This document shows, in pieces, positions 61,362 to 64,000 of a stretch of 64,000 bases of DNA. Each line of letters starts with the position of its first letter. The stretch's first letter is position 1. A program made the position numbers and the translations under genes. The notes under the pieces were generated by a model. It made no database searches and was not told the DNA's origin. It saw only the letters and a list, made by a program, of their open reading frames with translations. Source of the DNA: Felis catus. Its lineage: Eukaryota. The stretch spans positions 103,480,001 to 103,544,000 of the forward strand of contig NC_058373.1 of NCBI RefSeq assembly GCF_018350175.1, given 5' to 3'.

Positions 61362-61779
61362 GCAGTGGCTCTCCACCCTGGCTATGCGTCGGACTCTACT
61401 AGGGAACTTCAAAAACAAACACAGTGGGGCGCCTGGCTGGCGCAGTCGGTTAAGCGTCCGACTTCAGCTCAGGTCACGATCTCGCGGTCCGGTCCGTGAG
61501 TTCGAGCCCCGCGTCGGGCTCTGTGCTGACGGCTCGGAGCCTGGAGCCTGTTTCCGATTCTGTGTCTCCCTCTCTCTCTGCCCCTCCCCCGTTCATGCTC
61601 TGTCTCTCTCTGTCTCAAAAATAATTAAACGTTAAAAAAAAAAAAAAACAAAAAACACAAACACAGAGACTTGGGCTCTATCTCTGGAGAGTCTGCAAGA
61701 GTAAGTCCAGAGTGGGATCTTGAATAGTTTGAAAGTTCCAGAGATGATTCCAGCGTCTATCCAGAGTCAAGAAACACTG
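61362..61779. mobile_element. MER5-like hAT-Charlie element interrupted by a SINE
   Basis: CAGTGGCTCTC...AGAAACACTG terminal inverted repeats. Confidence 0.6.
61426..61656 (+). mobile_element. Can-SINE (SINEC_Fc)
   Basis: TSD ACAAACACAG; internal GGTCC duplication. Confidence 0.96.
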
Positions 61780-61960
61780 CCAAGTCTTTACACAGTGGAC
61801 TTGTCTGTATGTGCAACTTAACACAGGTGAATGCAACTCTAAGAACTCAGAGAGAAACAACAATTTTAAGAGTTTTGGTAGGTTCTTTCATTATGCTTCT
61901 GAATGTGCATAAGCCCTGGAGCATGTGTGGCTAGGAGACTGAAGCCAGGAATCCACTCAC

Positions 61961-62004
61961 CTACGATTGCCGTCTGCCTCTCAGCGTGGGCACACATTGC
62001 CACT
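61961..62004 (-). other. Candidate small (non-coding?) exon
   Basis: cacttgcttctcacactcag| acceptor, TAG|gtgagt donor; 44 nt. Confidence 0.2.
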
Positions 62005-62379
62005 CTGAGTGTGAGAAGCAAGTGTTTAAAATATGTACATTTTTGTACTCCAAAGCTCTGAAATCAAACCAACAACTTCATCTGGTGCCCAACTAAGGAA
62101 GTTGTAATTCCTTTTCCACTTCCAGGGGAGAGACGGGCTGGGTTGAGCTTATTCAGATATTAGTGTGTGAGAAACCAACACGGCCCTTCTCAAGAGATTT
62201 TTTTTAGGATAGGTTTTTGATTGTATGAGATTTTCTCCTTAGATGCTGAGTTTAGTGCCTAATCCCTATGTCAGATATGATTCCACTGTATTAATTTCAC
62301 ATGCCCTGCAAAAAAAGGACATCACTACACTGATTTAAATGGAGTATTCTAAACCATTTTATTGCTTCGACATTATGTT

Positions 62380-62850
62380 AGTATTTAGTAAGTGCCTACC
62401 ACATTGAGGGGTTACATGAACAAAACACAAAGTCCCTGCCCCAAGAGAGGTTACAGTCTAGTTGTGGAGAAAGAGATGATAAGCAAATAATGAGTAGAAT
62501 ATGTTATATATGAGGTGGTGATAAGTGCCATGGTTTAGGAAGGGAAACAGACCAAGAAAAGCAGACTGAAGAGTGCTCAAGCAGGTATAAGGAAAATGAG
62601 AAGACTGTAACCTTCTGGTAGCCAAGTATAAAAATATTTTAAGGAGGAAAGGAAGACCAACGGTATCGGGTGATCCTGCCACCCAGATAACAGGAGGGCC
62701 AGGAATTGCCACTGGATTTGACAATGTGAAGGTCATGATGACCTTGACGAAGGCAGTTCTGAAGGGGCAGCAAAGGATGACTTAAGTGGGTTCGAGGAAA
62801 ATGAGGGTTGTTGGGGACACTGAGTATAGACAACTCTGTAGGGGAAATTT
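62380..62850 (-). mobile_element. L2 fragments
   Basis: TTTAGTAAGTGCCTAC...AAAGTCCCTGCCC...ACAGTCTAG; CCACTGGATTTGACAATGTGAAGGTCATGATGACCTTGAC. Confidence 0.7.
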
Positions 62851-64000
62851 GTTTTTAAAATATTCTGTTTAAATTCAAAGCTGGAGCCAACACCATTCAT
62901 GAAATGATATGTGAGGCGAGAGGGTAGGTCATCCCCTCCCCTTCTCAAGGGATTGGCTAATTCAGACCCGGGCAGTCTGACTCTGTGTCCTTACTTTCTT
63001 TCTGGTGCCTTCCCTGCTAATACTTTGCCCTTCAGGATCTAGTGGTCTGCACCTTCAAACCCTGCTGGATAGCTATCACTGGCAGAAGTACAAATCAATT
63101 CATTGCCTCATATGTGCCCGCAGGGAGGGCAGGCTTCCCCAGGTTAAGGAACCTTCCCCACGACACCTCAACTCCAGTGCTATCCGCAGCTGCCTGCCGG
63201 GCCTGTAGATAAATCTTGGCCTGCTAAAGCAAGTTTTAAGTGTTTCTAAAAAAAAAAAAAAAAAAGGAAAACCAAAATGAACTCAAATACGAGGAGAGGA
63301 ACAACCTCCAAAGTGTCTTGCCTGAGCGGCCAGGAGGAGGACGCAGGCCTCATCTCTCCTCCTCCAAGGGGCCATAATGCTTTCAGGCCTCAAAGAATGC
63401 CCCAATTTATACAATTCGCTGCTACAGCATTAAGCCTGAATGGCATTTTGTGGTAGATAAAGTCTCTCTCTGTCACACAGCAGAGAGCTGTGTGGCCAGA
63501 TCTTGTTTAGAATTACATTTAAAACCTGGAAATCAAATGATATGTCCAGATAACTTCTGTGGTAAACCCCAAACCAGTTATGCTTCAGGTTAAGCCTCTG
63601 CATTTCTAAACAACATGCGTTTATTCTCTCCAGGCCAATACTCGGACCTTCCTGCCAGCAATATCAAATGGCAAGAGGCTGAATGTACCCTCTGTGTGAG
63701 CTTAAAGGATAAAGAGCCCAAGGAGGCAATGCCTCTCTGCGGAGAAAAATCTCCACCTTTGATACGTCTTCTCAACACACATATCAAATTGGCTCATTCC
63801 CCTCTTGGCTTCTTATTTTCTAATGTCTAAAATTTTAAAAACAAACTAACTAAACAAAACCTAAAAACATCCCATCACTCCCTAAAAATAGAATTCTTCA
63901 CTTTCTAAACATCTTTTCTTTATCCTTCTCATCGGAACAGATCTCTCCTGGTTACTGAATGGTGTCCTCTCACACCATCTTATTTCTCAAGATCTCAGAG

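Noticed and set aside
63615..63830. + strand ORF after acceptor-like ttattctctccag
   Set aside because: No convincing donor or partner exons within the window

Overview
Mammalian genomic DNA, almost certainly felid (cat-like): it carries about 31 tRNA-derived Can-SINEs (SINEC_Fc type, roughly a tenth of the window) and two felid-type L1 3' ends. It is mostly repeat-rich intergenic/intronic sequence with ancient eutherian repeats (ERV-L relic with a dUTPase remnant, MaLR/MLT1 and MLT2 LTRs, L1M, L2, MIR, hAT elements) and microsatellites. I recognise no known protein-coding gene, RNA gene or CRISPR array, and the listed ORFs are mostly repeat-derived or chance. I see no evidence for a wholly new biological system. 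The best leads are (1) a TSD-bounded L1 3' transduction at 38969-39224, (2) a chain of phase-compatible minus-strand exon candidates at 53.1-58.6 kb that could encode an unidentified ~170-aa protein, (3) an internally deleted ERV-L with dUTPase at 1-1527, and (4) several nested or inverted SINE insertions. Repeat subfamily names come from my memory of consensus sequences, not a database search; boundaries of old repeats are approximate.
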